Of a stretch of DNA of 21,182 bases, positions 1 through 10,019 are shown piece after piece (position 1 is the first letter of the stretch; each line of letters begins with the position of its first letter). Source of the stretch: a virus; UHGV virus genome UHGV-0103843. The stretch is one strand, 5' to 3'. The notes beneath the pieces were generated by a model. That model saw only the letters and a program-made list of their open reading frames with translations, did no database searches and had not been told where the DNA came from. Made by a program: the position numbers and the translations under genes.

Positions 1-228
1 GTTATATACAGGATACCCGCCAGCGTTAATGATGATTGGCTGTGCAACAGGAACGAGAGAACCGTCTTCGTTTTCCACATAAACCTGAATCCGGTTTTCA
101 GGATTTACCGGGTCAGTGTCAATTTTCCCGATATAAATTTTTCCATTGGCTACGGCTTTAAAAGAACGAGCCATAGTGAAGAGTTGCGAAGGCATCGATA
201 CGATCACATTGGCTGTAATGTCTGTCAT
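1..228 (-). CDS. 9: Tailspike protein, N-terminal head-binding domain (partial; the 3' end of the gene lies beyond the window start)
   Basis: Minus-strand ATG at 228-226 preceded by GGAG. Translation [57 protein letters not shown]... matches the conserved N-terminus of P22-family tailspikes as I remember it. Lies directly downstream of ant, as in P22. Confidence 0.9.
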   Translation of the reverse strand, partial: MTDITANVIVSMPSQLFTMARSFKAVANGKIYIGKIDTDPVNPENRIQVYVENEDGSLVPVAQPIIINAGGYPVYN

Positions 229-284
229 TTAATTTGCTCCAGATACAAGGAAACGTCGCTGAGTGGCTACGGTGAATTTTGGGC

Positions 285-310
285 ATAAAAAAACCCAGCC
301 GAAGCTGGGT
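285..310 (-). terminator. Intrinsic terminator downstream of ant
   Basis: Minus strand reads ACCCAGCTTCGGCTGGG followed by TTTTTTTAT: a 6-bp GC stem, 4-nt loop and U-run, 20 nt after the ant stop. Confidence 0.7.
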
Positions 311-328
311 CGTTGCGTTGGTTATCTG

Positions 329-1207
329 TCAGTAGTTATGTACTGAAGGAGGTAATTCTTTATTCTTGAGTCTCATCCATGCGGAAAGATTCGTTGGTCC
401 ATCTGGCTCATTAATATCAACATCTCGTGTGTGGTTTATTAAAACGTCTCTCGCCATTCCGATAACATACGAGAATTCATGACCGTAGTCGTAGCATCTG
501 CCGGAATAGTTCGATTGAATTTGTTTTAATGCCGGATACAGTTCGCGGAATAATGCCTGTGAGCGGTTGGCATAATCCCATAACCATACAAGGCTGTTTT
601 CTTCTTTTGCAGAAAGCTCGTTGGTTTTCTTCTCTTGTTTGCCGATGAACTCACCTTCAAGCACTACCCTGTGGATGTACTCTACGGCCAGCGGGATTTG
701 TTCAATTGAAAGTTCATCAATGCTGTCAATACCAAAACGCTGATGAACCATATTGTATGCATCGTCATAGCGAAGTCCTTTCTTTCCTACCAGCATGTTT
801 ACTGCATCGCGTAGCGGCGTTCTTTCCTCAACAGTGGTTTTCTTGCCTTTCACATACTCGCCATGTTTGCGAATTGAAGGTAGAACTTCTGCTGTTACCC
901 ACTTGCGGAATTTGTGCGGGACCGAACCTTTATTGACAGCATCGCGGCAGCGCAGAACCAATGTATACATACCTGATTCGCTAACAATGCTTAGATTCTG
1001 CTCACCACCAAGGGTGTAACTTAAAGTTACTCCCTTTTCATCGTCATCAAGTGCAGTAAGCGCCTTGCGTGAGTTAGTCAGGGTTAAAGCATCACAAACA
1101 TCTTTTGCTACAAACCACGGCTCACCGCATTTGTTGATGACGCGGATTTCACTGTCGCCGAATTTGAAGATGGTGAAATCGTTTTGTGCCTTTGCTATAC
1201 TTTTCAT
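329..1207 (-). CDS. ant: Antirepressor Ant
   Basis: Translation from the internal Met [43 protein letters not shown]... matches P22 Ant as remembered. Start moved from the track start (1273) to the ATG at 1207, which has an AGGAAA ribosome-binding site. Position downstream of arc as in immI. Confidence 0.85.
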   Translation of the reverse strand: MKSIAKAQNDFTIFKFGDSEIRVINKCGEPWFVAKDVCDALTLTNSRKALTALDDDEKGVTLSYTLGGEQNLSIVSESGMYTLVLRCRDAVNKGSVPHKFRKWVTAEVLPSIRKHGEYVKGKKTTVEERTPLRDAVNMLVGKKGLRYDDAYNMVHQRFGIDSIDELSIEQIPLAVEYIHRVVLEGEFIGKQEKKTNELSAKEENSLVWLWDYANRSQALFRELYPALKQIQSNYSGRCYDYGHEFSYVIGMARDVLINHTRDVDINEPDGPTNLSAWMRLKNKELPPSVHNY

Positions 1208-1275
1208 GTCAATATTTCCTAATCCGATTTGTTGATACCGAAGCCCTGACTGTTCCCGCAGTTGGGGCTTCAACT
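1208..1275 (+). ncRNA. sar: Candidate sar-like antisense RNA covering the ant ribosome-binding site and the arc-ant spacer
   Basis: Plus-strand extended -10 TGCTATACT at 1193-1201 inside the 5' end of ant, pointing opposite to ant. The 68-nt arc-ant spacer contains an inverted repeat GAAGCCC...GGGCTTC (about 1241-1272). P22 is known to make a 68-69 nt sar RNA from this position. Ends are not mapped. Confidence 0.4.
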
Positions 1276-1437
1276 TTACGCGCCAATGCGCCCTTCCTTC
1301 TTAAAGCTTTCCATTACTCTCTGATAAATCTCAGAGTTAACAGACCGACCATTCTCTTCCGCCACCTTGCGTACCAAATCCAATACTTCTTTAGGCCACC
1401 GCAAATTGAACTGCGGCATCTTGCTCATTCCTTTCAT
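1276..1437 (-). CDS. arc: Arc repressor (ribbon-helix-helix)
   Basis: 53-aa product [53 protein letters not shown], essentially the P22 Arc sequence. The track ORF extends upstream across the operator; the real start is the ATG at 1437. Confidence 0.95.
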   Translation of the reverse strand: MKGMSKMPQFNLRWPKEVLDLVRKVAEENGRSVNSEIYQRVMESFKKEGRIGA

Positions 1438-1453
1438 ATTCACCTCACAATAT

Positions 1454-1470
1454 AGGTCCACGGTGGACCT
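1454..1470. promoter_or_regulatory. Mnt operator
   Basis: Perfect 17-bp palindrome AGGTCCACGGTGGACCT, the known P22 Mnt operator sequence, placed at the Pant transcription start. Confidence 0.85.
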
Positions 1471-1476
1471 ATTGAG

Positions 1477-1505
1477 AATATAGTAGAGTGCTTCTATCAT
1501 GTCAA
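1477..1505 (-). promoter_or_regulatory. Pant promoter for arc-ant (overlaps the divergent Pmnt)
   Basis: Minus strand has -35 TTGACA (1505-1500), a 17-bp spacer, and -10 TATATT (1482-1477). On the plus strand a divergent TTGAGA-17-TATCAT fits Pmnt upstream of mnt. Confidence 0.7.
1480..1500. promoter_or_regulatory. Arc operator
   Basis: Minus strand reads ATGATAGAAGCACTCTACTAT, the 21-bp P22 Arc operator, lying between the -35 and -10 of Pant. Confidence 0.85.
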
Positions 1506-1527
1506 TACACTAACTTGGAGTGATGGC

Positions 1528-1779
1528 ATGGCTAGAGATGATCCGCACTTTAACTTCCGTATGCCTATGGAAGTAAGGGAGAAATTAAAATTCAGGGCGA
1601 AGGCGAATGGGAGATCAATGAACTCCGAGTTGTTACAAATCGTCCAAGATGCTCTATCAAAACCATCGCCTGTGACTGGATATCGCGACGATGCAGAACG
1701 ACTCGCTGATGAGCAGTCAGAGCTTGTTAAGAAGATGGTGTTTGATACGCTGAAGTATTTGTACAAAAAACCCACCTGA
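1528..1779 (+). CDS. mnt: Mnt repressor (ribbon-helix-helix)
   Basis: 83-aa product MARDDPHFNFRMPMEVREKLKFRAKANGRSMNSELLQIVQDALSKPSPVTGYRDDAERLADEQSELVKK... matches P22 Mnt as remembered. GGAG 7 nt upstream of the ATG. Divergent from arc, as in immI. Confidence 0.95.
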   Translation: MARDDPHFNFRMPMEVREKLKFRAKANGRSMNSELLQIVQDALSKPSPVTGYRDDAERLADEQSELVKKMVFDTLKYLYKKPT

Positions 1780-1795
1780 AGGTGGGTCCTATTTA
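1765..1795. terminator. Bidirectional intrinsic terminator between the convergent mnt and lipoprotein genes
   Basis: AAAAAACCCACCTGAAGGTGGGTCCTATTTATT: a 6-bp GC stem with a 4-nt loop that contains the mnt stop codon, A-run on one side and T-rich tract on the other. Confidence 0.65.
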
Positions 1796-2215
1796 TTAGT
1801 CTTGCTTTGTTGATGGTATAAGAGATGCGTTTGCCTCTTTTGGCTTCAAGGTATACATCCCACCATTAAAAGGATCTACAGCAAGCCAACCAATTAACCC
1901 ACCAAACACAAGGTTTCCACCAATATACCAACCATTAGCATTGGCTTTGATTGGCAGGGTAACTGGTTCGTACCCATCCTTTTCCATAGTGATCTGGTAG
2001 CTCTTTTTGCCAAAATAACTACCATCTGACTTGGCAAGAGTTACTCCTTGCGGGGTCTTGCCTTGCGCAACAATCACGCCTGATTCGTCTTTTACTTTAA
2101 AGCTCGCACCGGAAGGATTGCTGTTCACTTGCACGAGCTGTGTTTCGTCACCAACAATAGTTGCGCACCCAGATAACAATATAGCGCCAGCAACAACGCC
2201 GATAATCCTCTTCAT
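1796..2215 (-). CDS. Predicted lipoprotein (candidate superinfection-exclusion or accessory protein)
   Basis: From the internal Met the product begins MKRIIGVVAGAILLSGC: a positive n-region, hydrophobic core and lipobox LSGC. Gly-rich C-terminal segment GGNLVFGGLIGWLAVDPFNGG. Sits between gene 16 and immI, where P22 carries sieA. Confidence 0.6.
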   Translation of the reverse strand: MKRIIGVVAGAILLSGCATIVGDETQLVQVNSNPSGASFKVKDESGVIVAQGKTPQGVTLAKSDGSYFGKKSYQITMEKDGYEPVTLPIKANANGWYIGGNLVFGGLIGWLAVDPFNGGMYTLKPKEANASLIPSTKQD

Positions 2216-2333
2216 ATCAATTTCCATATTTGAAAAAACCGGAAACATCCTAATGACAAACCATTCAAATGTGAAGTAGGCAAAAGATGTTTACTTTTTT
2301 CATGGTATCCTGCTCAAAACTAAGGAGGTTGGT

Positions 2334-2657
2334 GTGTATACAACAGTTATCGTGATAGCTATCGCACTCATTGTGGTTCAGTACCAACTGGCATCTTTAA
2401 AACAAAAGATATCTGACCTCAAGACTGAGAACGAAGCACTTAAAAACTCAATAAAAGATGAGAAGAACAAACTATCATTCACTATATCTGATATTGAGCA
2501 ATCCATTGAAATTATTGAGAATAATATTAACAGACTAAAAAAAGAAGATATTCATGAAATCAATGACAATATCAAGGATTTGAAATCTTGGCTTAGGAAT
2601 GTAGGACAAATCGCCACATCAACACGAGATAAGCTCAATCCATCCATGGATGATTAA
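2334..2657 (+). CDS. Small single-pass membrane protein with a long coiled-coil (hypothetical)
   Basis: GTG start 5 nt after a perfect AAGGAGG. N-terminal hydrophobic helix YTTVIVIAIALIVVQY, then a K/E/N/I-rich heptad-like region. Markedly AT-rich compared with its neighbours. Divergent from the lipoprotein gene. Confidence 0.55.
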   Translation: MYTTVIVIAIALIVVQYQLASLKQKISDLKTENEALKNSIKDEKNKLSFTISDIEQSIEIIENNINRLKKEDIHEINDNIKDLKSWLRNVGQIATSTRDKLNPSMDD

Positions 2658-4784
2658 TTACTCCTGTGCTATTCCGCTTAGCGACGCTACAATGCCAGCC
2701 CTCGCTAAGCGATTGAACTCTTCGTTTCCAACTGCATCACGTATTGCTTTTACGGCGGCTTTATTTGCCATAAATCTGCGTTCCGCCGCCGCTAATGCTT
2801 CTTTACTTCCGCCAGCTCTTACTGCTTTCGTGGCTTCCTGAACTGCTTTCTCTATCGCATATCGACCGCTACGCGTGGTGGCAATTTTAGATACAGCACC
2901 TTTTAACCCGGCGCCAACTAAAGCACCTGCGGCCGCGCCTGCAATGCCCCCACCTGCTCCACCAACAATGGCACCCGACGTTGAGTTTGCAATTGCATTT
3001 AATACTGTTGAGGTAACGTTGGATAAACCAGCGTCAAGATCACGTAGAACATTGGCTGTTCTCCCTGTTCTTTCAATATACTGCTGAGGCTTCACTGCCG
3101 CTCTTGCAAGAGTGCCATATGCATCAGCAATTCTTCCAAGTTCTGAGGAATATCTGCTAATGGCTTTTACATTTTGTGGGGTAAGTATCCCTGCGATATG
3201 GTTAATTCCTGCTGCATCAGATTTGCCACCACGTACACCATGCGAGATAGCATCCTGCAACATTGATGATATAGCAGGAACACGCTCTGATTCTGGCAGC
3301 GCGCGGATCATAGAATGGAATCCAGCAGGACCATTAAGACCTTTAGCTGACGATGATTGAAGAGATTTTACTCCATTCGTAATCAGTGCATCTGTTGCCA
3401 AATCACGCCCAAAAACAGACTCTGCACTCTCTTGTGCGGATAGCCTCGCTTTAGACAGATCATTAGCTTTTTGCCAGTCATCAAGAAATCCGCCGTTTTC
3501 CGCCATTGTGCGCATATCATCAGTAATTGCCCGGCGTATTTCCCCTGCTCTCCTTGCCGCATTTGCCTCTCCGCTACGCTTATATTTTTGCTCAGCATCA
3601 GCAAATTTCGCTCTCCATGCTTTCATGCCATCAAATGTTACTCCACCTTGATTGTTTGCCTGAACAAACTGTTTCATTTCAGGAGTAAGCGGTATGCCAG
3701 CAGATCGCTCTGCCTGAATAACGGCATTACCATTTAGCATTCTTGCTTTTTGATTTGGCATTGTTGACCGCACGTCATCCCATGCCGCGCGCTCGGCATC
3801 CTTCATCTGATCAAGATTTTGAAGAATCCTTTGTTTTATAGCCGCACTTTTTTCTGATGCCGTTCCAGATGCGGCCCCAAATTCATCAAGGTTTCGACTT
3901 AACTTTGATGATATTTCGTTAAATGCTGCCTGATGGGCATCCTGAACAATTCCTGGTGTTGATGCCAATGCGCCTTCGGCTTGTGCAATTCCACGACTTC
4001 CAGATCGCATTCCTGGTGTTAATGCGTTTATATCAATTCCAGCAGACTCAGCCGCTTTTGCTACATCTTCGGACACATTAGCGGCCTGACTGGCAATTGA
4101 CTGACGCCCAGCACCTGACTTTGCCATCCTGGAAACATCATTAGCAGAATTCAGTGCTGCACCACCAAGAGCCTGTGAAACTCTTGGCGCAATAACGCGC
4201 CCGACACCTGAAAGAACGCCTTGAGCACCAATATTGATACCACCGTTAATGGCAGCATTTTGTGCAAAGTCGCCCTCCTGATTTGCAGCATCAGCAAGAG
4301 AACCTGCAATCATGTTTCCTGCGGAACCGATATCTCCAGCGAGCTTTGCTGTCGCTCCAACAGCTTTTGCCGCTGTGCCAATTGGCAGGAGATACCCACC
4401 AATTGTTTCACCGGCTTGTGCGTAAGGGTCTGTCGGTCGATCGACAGGGCGATAAACATCATCCAAAACCTTGGGGCCACCAAGCCCCTGACTGATTGCA
4501 TTAATCAGACTTGCGCCACCCTGCAATACGTCAAATGGTATGTTTACCAGACCACGACCAGCCTGTTCTGCAATTTGCCCTGCACTTTGACCACCAGTGA
4601 GCCAATCGCCAGCTTGTTGCATCAATGATGGTTCTTCCCGTGTTGGTGCATTATTGGCCTGATTAACTGTTTGTTGCTGAACAGCCTGACCAGCAAAATA
4701 CTCATCAATGGCGGTGCCAATATCTTCGGTGCTCGTACCATCAGGAAAGGTAAATGTCTTACCGTTTGCAGTTACTTTCATCAT
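2658..4784 (-). CDS. 16: Ejection (internal virion) protein, gp16 homolog
   Basis: 708-aa Gly/Ala-rich protein in the gp7-gp20-gp16 position. Its start overlaps the gp20 stop as ATGA. Confidence 0.8.
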   Translation of the reverse strand: MMKVTANGKTFTFPDGTSTEDIGTAIDEYFAGQAVQQQTVNQANNAPTREEPSLMQQAGDWLTGGQSAGQIAEQAGRGLVNIPFDVLQGGASLINAISQGLGGPKVLDDVYRPVDRPTDPYAQAGETIGGYLLPIGTAAKAVGATAKLAGDIGSAGNMIAGSLADAANQEGDFAQNAAINGGINIGAQGVLSGVGRVIAPRVSQALGGAALNSANDVSRMAKSGAGRQSIASQAANVSEDVAKAAESAGIDINALTPGMRSGSRGIAQAEGALASTPGIVQDAHQAAFNEISSKLSRNLDEFGAASGTASEKSAAIKQRILQNLDQMKDAERAAWDDVRSTMPNQKARMLNGNAVIQAERSAGIPLTPEMKQFVQANNQGGVTFDGMKAWRAKFADAEQKYKRSGEANAARRAGEIRRAITDDMRTMAENGGFLDDWQKANDLSKARLSAQESAESVFGRDLATDALITNGVKSLQSSSAKGLNGPAGFHSMIRALPESERVPAISSMLQDAISHGVRGGKSDAAGINHIAGILTPQNVKAISRYSSELGRIADAYGTLARAAVKPQQYIERTGRTANVLRDLDAGLSNVTSTVLNAIANSTSGAIVGGAGGGIAGAAAGALVGAGLKGAVSKIATTRSGRYAIEKAVQEATKAVRAGGSKEALAAAERRFMANKAAVKAIRDAVGNEEFNRLARAGIVASLSGIAQE

Positions 4785-6160
4785 TCCACCGTAAATTGAA
4801 TGCCTGATTTTGACGTGTAGCTACCTCCTGCTGATTGCTGAGTAGGCGGCTGTTGCATTGATGATTTCTTCCCTCCATTACCGACATTAACGTTATATTG
4901 CTGGTTGTAATTGTCGGTATATTGCTGAATGTCGCGCATTGATTGTTGCAGTGCTTCAGGGCTTGAGAAATCAACCTGTGGCATACCTTGAAAATACATC
5001 TTTGCTTCTGCAACGGTGTTGATACCGGATGCCCCCATGTCTCTGGCTGCTGCAATGCCCTGATTCTGCATCTTTCCTTGGATTCGCTGTGCAGCGTTGT
5101 ATAGTTTCCTCTGATCACCACCAGATGCACGGCTACGAATATCTGCACCAAGAGCAGGAGAACCTGAAGAGCCTGTAATGCCAGTCATGAAGCCAAGATC
5201 GTCAATTGATGCACCAGAAATTGCATCAAGATCTTTCTTCATTGCGTAATTCTGCGCGCTTGCTGCCGATGTAGCCGGAGCGGCAATAGAGCCAGCAGGG
5301 ACGCGAACCATATTCCCCTCGTTGTCGATACCTTCGTAGAACGCATTAGCCCCAGCGCCGTGAAGCTTCCCGCCTACCGTTACAGTTCTGCCATCTGCTA
5401 ACTGAACTGTACGCTCATTATTCCCAACCGACCCTTTCATTGATGCTCTCTGCATCGATAAATCCTGACCGCGCATCGTGATATTCTGACCACGCGCTGT
5501 TAGCGCCTCGCCAGCCTGATTGCTGCGGATTGTCTCTGCCAGTCTGCCTCGGTCAATTTCACGACCAGCCATCTTGTCCTGAACAGCAAACGCCTTTTCT
5601 GGTCCAAGCGCACCGAGAGACATAGTAGTCAGCATGTGTGATAGCTGCTCTGGATTCTGGATACCTGTCTGAATCATCCAGTCAGCATTCGCACCCACAC
5701 GATTTAACCTGTCCTTGTTGTCAGTAATGAATTTACTGTAGGCTTCCGGTCCCTGAGAAAGAGCGACGTTAGCCCTCATGGCTAAATCGCCCATATCGTT
5801 GCGTTGCTGATCATTAAGACCGGAAAACGCCTGTTGTGCCTGTGCAACAAACGCTGGATTTTCCTGGGCAAACTTAAATAGTCCCGATGGATCACCAGAA
5901 GCCCATGCATCAGCGTGAACCTTATTGAACGCACTAATAGCTTTCTGTTGCTGTTCCTGATTGTAAATATCAGCAACTCCAGCCAGACCACGTAACGCGG
6001 TCAGGCCAACGTTATTTGCACCTGAGCGAGCCAGTTCATTGTTTTCGCGGATCAGACCAAGCGTTGCGTTAATGTCGCTTGCCTTTGGCGCATTCTCATT
6101 TTGCGTACCGATGCCAGCCAGAAAACCACCAGAATTAATACCCTGTTGCCACGTAGCCAT
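4781..6160 (-). CDS. 20: Ejection protein, gp20 homolog
   Basis: 459 aa, AAGGGG ribosome-binding site, placed between the gp7 and gp16 homologs. Confidence 0.8.
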   Translation of the reverse strand: MATWQQGINSGGFLAGIGTQNENAPKASDINATLGLIRENNELARSGANNVGLTALRGLAGVADIYNQEQQQKAISAFNKVHADAWASGDPSGLFKFAQENPAFVAQAQQAFSGLNDQQRNDMGDLAMRANVALSQGPEAYSKFITDNKDRLNRVGANADWMIQTGIQNPEQLSHMLTTMSLGALGPEKAFAVQDKMAGREIDRGRLAETIRSNQAGEALTARGQNITMRGQDLSMQRASMKGSVGNNERTVQLADGRTVTVGGKLHGAGANAFYEGIDNEGNMVRVPAGSIAAPATSAASAQNYAMKKDLDAISGASIDDLGFMTGITGSSGSPALGADIRSRASGGDQRKLYNAAQRIQGKMQNQGIAAARDMGASGINTVAEAKMYFQGMPQVDFSSPEALQQSMRDIQQYTDNYNQQYNVNVGNGGKKSSMQQPPTQQSAGGSYTSKSGIQFTVE

Positions 6161-6169
6161 GATTACCCC

Positions 6170-6862
6170 TTAAAACAACGAGCCAAGCAGACCAAGACCG
6201 CCGCCGATCGCAGCCCCCCACGGAGTTGATGAACCAATTAATTTCGCAAGTCCAGCCCCAGCAATAGCACCAGACGCACCTCCGCCAATAGCAGATTGCA
6301 TTGCTGATGGTCTGTTGGCATTTGCCGCTGCAAGAGCCGCACTTTGCTGCGAAATCTGACTCATGTTGTTGGCATATGTCTGCCCGGCGTTTGCCTGACC
6401 TTGCAGTGCGCCAAGACCAATGTTTGCCAGATTCTGGTAGTTGTTCATCTGACCAGACAGCCACTGCTGACCAAGCGTTGGTGCGATTGTTGCTAACTGA
6501 TTACCGGTTGCAGTGGAACCCAATCCACCTGTTGCTTCCGCTGCCGCCAGACTCTGATAGCGAGCCTGACCAGCAAGATCTTTGTACTGCTGAGAGTTGT
6601 AATACTGGTTAAGTGCCTGACCTTGCCCTTCCAGAGACGATAAGTTCTCGAGGCTGCCGACATACATATCAGCCAGAGGAGTAAACGGCTTCAGGTTGTT
6701 CATGATGGTGTTGAACTGCTGATTTTGCAGGTCTGCGGCATACTTCTGGGCTTCTGCTGCATACTTTGCGCTTTTATCAGAACTGCCACCTTTCCCGCCT
6801 TTTTCAGGGCAATAAGGTTCCTCGCCGCGCAGTTTTCTGCCCAGCTTAAATGCATATAACAT
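6170..6862 (-). CDS. 7: Ejection protein, gp7 homolog
   Basis: 230 aa (P22 gp7 is about 229 aa), Gln/Ala-rich, directly after gp14. Confidence 0.8.
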   Translation of the reverse strand: MLYAFKLGRKLRGEEPYCPEKGGKGGSSDKSAKYAAEAQKYAADLQNQQFNTIMNNLKPFTPLADMYVGSLENLSSLEGQGQALNQYYNSQQYKDLAGQARYQSLAAAEATGGLGSTATGNQLATIAPTLGQQWLSGQMNNYQNLANIGLGALQGQANAGQTYANNMSQISQQSAALAAANANRPSAMQSAIGGGASGAIAGAGLAKLIGSSTPWGAAIGGGLGLLGSLF

Positions 6863-6864
6863 GG

Positions 6865-7320
6865 CTATCTCCCGTGATTCAGAAATTCGATTAGTTCTTC
6901 GCGTGTAGCACTGTAAAATGTCACGTCATCCACGCCTTTGAAGTATTTCTTGATGGTTCCTACACGATTAAGGCCAATCATTGCGCAGTACATCTGCCCG
7001 TGGCGGAATTTGCGCGCAGCGAACGATGTGACACACTGAACAGTGGTGTTAGTCAGAATGTATCGCCAGAACTCCAGCCCGATTTCCTTGCTGAAGCCAC
7101 GAACCTCTGGCAGGTACATGGCGTGGCAATCGAATGTAAGCGGCTGAATCTCCTGATAGTAAACAATGCCGCCGAACTGCCCGTGCACGTTCACCTCAAA
7201 GTAACGGCAATCAGGTTTGTAGTCGTATCCATCACCGTTGTTGCTTCCGGCAATAATGTCAGGGTGATTTCCGACTGCTTCGATCAGGTCGATGTTTCGC
7301 GTTGGTTTGAATGTAATCAT
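6865..7320 (-). CDS. 14: Tail accessory protein, gp14 homolog
   Basis: 151 aa between the gp26 and gp7 homologs. Its start overlaps the gp26 stop as ATGA. Confidence 0.75.
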   Translation of the reverse strand: MITFKPTRNIDLIEAVGNHPDIIAGSNNGDGYDYKPDCRYFEVNVHGQFGGIVYYQEIQPLTFDCHAMYLPEVRGFSKEIGLEFWRYILTNTTVQCVTSFAARKFRHGQMYCAMIGLNRVGTIKKYFKGVDDVTFYSATREELIEFLNHGR

Positions 7321-8021
7321 CAGTCAATCAACCCATGAGTCCGTAATGCATCTTCCAGAGCTTTGATACGCTGCCGCGCCTGCTGCAATCCTGTAGCCAT
7401 AGCCGACACCTCAGACCGTGTGTATGTGGCACTTACCGTGTATGTCTGGTTAGCGTTGAATGAGCCGCGAAGAGCCGTACCTGTAGCCGCTGTCCACCCT
7501 GTCTGACGAGCACCAATAACCTTGGTGCCGCCGACCGAATAGGATGTTGTTACATTGAGGGGAGATGCCAGCGATTGTGTTGCAGTGGCTGTTTTCGATA
7601 CATAGTCGTCCTGTAATGCAGAAATGTTGCTCTCAGCAGTCGTAACCCGGCCATCAAGAGCGCTGACGTCAGCCTGTAAAGTGACTATTTCTCCTTCAGC
7701 CGTGGTTAGTCTGACATCCAGCGCTGCAATTGCCGCAGTATTCGCAGCAATACGGATTTCATGGTCATCTACTTCAATGCGGAGCTGACGAATTCTTTCT
7801 TCGTGATCGACCAGAATCACATCCTGCTCATCGTTCCTGACTTGTGCGTCATAAGCACCATGTCCGGCCTCGTTGGCCTTGTTCGCCACGTTACCAACAT
7901 CAGCACCCTGTGCAATAACGTACAGCAGATATGACTGCGAGAAGATATTGCGTGGAAGGATTGATGTATCGAGCCGCGTCGCCTGCACAATAACAGGGGT
8001 GTTGAGATTCGAATCAGCCAT
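7320..8021 (-). CDS. 26: Tail needle protein, gp26 homolog
   Basis: 233 aa (same length as P22 gp26). N-terminus [25 protein letters not shown] and C-terminal ...[14 protein letters not shown] match the P22 tail needle as remembered. Confidence 0.9.
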   Translation of the reverse strand: MADSNLNTPVIVQATRLDTSILPRNIFSQSYLLYVIAQGADVGNVANKANEAGHGAYDAQVRNDEQDVILVDHEERIRQLRIEVDDHEIRIAANTAAIAALDVRLTTAEGEIVTLQADVSALDGRVTTAESNISALQDDYVSKTATATQSLASPLNVTTSYSVGGTKVIGARQTGWTAATGTALRGSFNANQTYTVSATYTRSEVSAMATGLQQARQRIKALEDALRTHGLID

Positions 8022-9439
8022 TACTCAATCCTTATCTGGCAACCAGACAGGGTGACAGGTGACTTAGTGATAACGCGCAATTTGAAGCCGACATTTTTCC
8101 TGATGCGCCCGACACGCTTCCACAAAACGCGTTTGTCGTAAACGAACGGTTCATTCTGCTCAATCATCTGCTCACGCCCATAATTTATGCCGTCAGTGGT
8201 TGCAGAGAGGAACAGGCGGTCGGCGTACTGAGCTACGCCAGTGGATGATTCCACCTCCAGATCGAAGCATCTGGCGTTATCCGCTTTGAACAGTGGAGTA
8301 AACAGCAGGTGTTCCTGTTGAAGCCCATACTGACTGCTGATATCGAACTGCAATTTCCCGGTCACCGATTCCAGCTTATCGCCGCACGTTATCTGATTTC
8401 CTTCGTAAATGAAGTCGATAGCGCGGTACACATCGTCATACAGACCTGTTTTCAGCACACACCATTGCGGACCATTGGCACTTGAAGATGCGTCGTATAC
8501 CAGGACATGGCGCGGAAGGTGGATAATCAGCAACTCATGCGCATCAAATCGCAGAGACTCCATCACGCCATCAGCCAGTTCATCAGCAGTGTAGGAGCGG
8601 AGGATTTTCTCAATGCTCGCGCTGGCGATTGGTGAAACCTGACCGGATCCGATGATGTATACAGACGGAGCACCTGTTGCCGGATTGCTGATGAACGCAT
8701 ACGAATCAGCAAACGGCGTTTTGCAGTAAGTCCCGGCAATGCCTTTTTGCACCATCAGCGATGGCTGTGCGACATACAAAGCGGCACCAACGGTGGTTGC
8801 CCCAGTCAGGGAGAAATATTCAATCGTCGATGAACCAAAACAGACGATGAAATCTCGCCATGTGCCGATACCTATGATGCCGTCCGGCTGAGATTCTGCG
8901 CGATATTGAGCACTGTAACGGTCAGGGTGCGATTCGTCTTCAAGGTCAGTGATAAACCATGAATCAGTACCGTCTTTTGACCACGCATAACGCCCACGTA
9001 AGCGCGTAATGTCGCGGACTGAGCCTAACTCATACTGCGTGAATCCGCTGTCTGTAGGCCAGTTTGAGACGGTTTTAACCGTGCCATCATAGCGATACTC
9101 GACCAGTTGACCATTAACGCCTACCGCCTGTGATGTCCGACCATGCGCCATTGATACGCGACCACTTCCGGCAACATCACCGACTTCGCTTTCGCCTTTG
9201 TAGAGCTTGCCGCCACACACACGATAGACAGCATTCTGCGCCATGTTGTACTCGACGCCGCGAGATACACCATTCACATCAGAACGTTTGGCAATGCCCG
9301 GGAATGAGCGAAGATATCCCGATGAATTCAACACCTCCTTGGGCGTAGCTAAAAGATTGACTGGAAGTTGGTCTATATAATCAGCATTAACCGCACTTTT
9401 CCCTAATCCCTTCATTAGTGGTAGTTGTTGTATTGCCAT
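8021..9439 (-). CDS. 10: Tail hub / head-completion protein gp10 homolog, with a replaced 5' segment
   Basis: From codon 32 onward the product ([18 protein letters not shown]...CQIRIE) is close to P22 gp10. The first 31 codons [31 protein letters not shown] are a divergent, AT-rich copy that overlaps the 3' end of the HNH gene. Start set at the ATG at 9439; the track start at 9448 is a TTG. Confidence 0.85.
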   Translation of the reverse strand: MAIQQLPLMKGLGKSAVNADYIDQLPVNLLATPKEVLNSSGYLRSFPGIAKRSDVNGVSRGVEYNMAQNAVYRVCGGKLYKGESEVGDVAGSGRVSMAHGRTSQAVGVNGQLVEYRYDGTVKTVSNWPTDSGFTQYELGSVRDITRLRGRYAWSKDGTDSWFITDLEDESHPDRYSAQYRAESQPDGIIGIGTWRDFIVCFGSSTIEYFSLTGATTVGAALYVAQPSLMVQKGIAGTYCKTPFADSYAFISNPATGAPSVYIIGSGQVSPIASASIEKILRSYTADELADGVMESLRFDAHELLIIHLPRHVLVYDASSSANGPQWCVLKTGLYDDVYRAIDFIYEGNQITCGDKLESVTGKLQFDISSQYGLQQEHLLFTPLFKADNARCFDLEVESSTGVAQYADRLFLSATTDGINYGREQMIEQNEPFVYDKRVLWKRVGRIRKNVGFKLRVITKSPVTLSGCQIRIE

Positions 9440-10019
9440 TGGAATCAACCTTTATATGAACCCAGTTAGCATCACGCTTTAGCCTACTTGCCCAGGTCTT
9501 AGATATCCCGTACTTAGCCGCAATTACTGACAAGCTTTCTTTTGATGACTTGATTGCAAGAACATCGTCATCACTCAACTTGTGTTTTGGGTGCTTGGTT
9601 CCGAAAAACTTGATTGGTTTCTTTAATCCTGTGGCGTATGCATGTTTGATGTTTTCGCTTTGAGTGCACCACTCAAGATTATTGACGTTATTATTGAGTG
9701 GATTGCCATCAATATGATTTACCTGAGGCTTGTTTTCAGGATTTGGCAGGAATGTAATTGCAACGATTCGATGGGCAAAAGTCCATTTTGCTCCGATATT
9801 ATAAAGCACCCTTCCCTGATTTATTTTAGGCTTTAACCAGCGCCCCTTTCTGAGTTGCGTGCTGCCATGCGCAGCCTTAACAACACGTGAGTGAGAATAC
9901 ACCCTGCCATCTTCTGTTACGGCATAAACACCTTCAAATCCAGGTATATCTTTAGCATTCTCAGAAAGCATATCTACTCCTTAAAGTTTCGATTTTTCAT
10001 GTACTTATTATATCAAAAT
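9347..10019 (-). mobile_element. Homing-endonuclease cassette: the HNH gene plus a recoded 31-codon 5' segment of gene 10
   Basis: Inferred insertion bounded by the end of homology of the displaced gene-10 fragment (about 10020) and codon 31 of the functional gene-10 copy (about 9347). Boundaries are approximate. Confidence 0.6.
9387..9971 (-). CDS. HNH homing endonuclease with an N-terminal NUMOD4-like motif and a C-terminal helix-turn-helix
   Basis: 194 aa with GFEGVYAVTEDGRVYS near the N-terminus, an HNH core HRIVAITFLPNPENKPQVNHIDGNPLNNNVNNLEWCTQSEN, and a C-terminal DNA-binding-like segment. Own AAGGAG ribosome-binding site. AT-rich island inserted inside gene 10. Confidence 0.85.
   Translation of the reverse strand: MLSENAKDIPGFEGVYAVTEDGRVYSHSRVVKAAHGSTQLRKGRWLKPKINQGRVLYNIGAKWTFAHRIVAITFLPNPENKPQVNHIDGNPLNNNVNNLEWCTQSENIKHAYATGLKKPIKFFGTKHPKHKLSDDDVLAIKSSKESLSVIAAKYGISKTWASRLKRDANWVHIKVDSNGNTTTTTNEGIREKCG

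Noticed and set aside
706-1019. Plus-strand ORFs of 76 and 74 aa inside ant
   Set aside because: Antisense to ant, Cys/His-rich junk-like translations with no ribosome-binding site.
1276-1500. Track start of arc at 1500, giving a 74-aa product
   Set aside because: The upstream extension is read through the Arc operator and Pant -10. Arc is a 53-aa protein starting [10 protein letters not shown], and the ATG at 1437 fits.
4759-5151. 130-aa minus-strand ORF overlapping gene 20 in another frame
   Set aside because: Fully embedded in the ejection-protein gene with no independent start signals.
6135-6464. 109-aa minus-strand ORF overlapping the gene 7 / gene 20 junction
   Set aside because: Alternative frame of gene 7 with a Cys/Trp-rich translation; the ATG of gene 20 at 6160 with its ribosome-binding site is the real downstream start.
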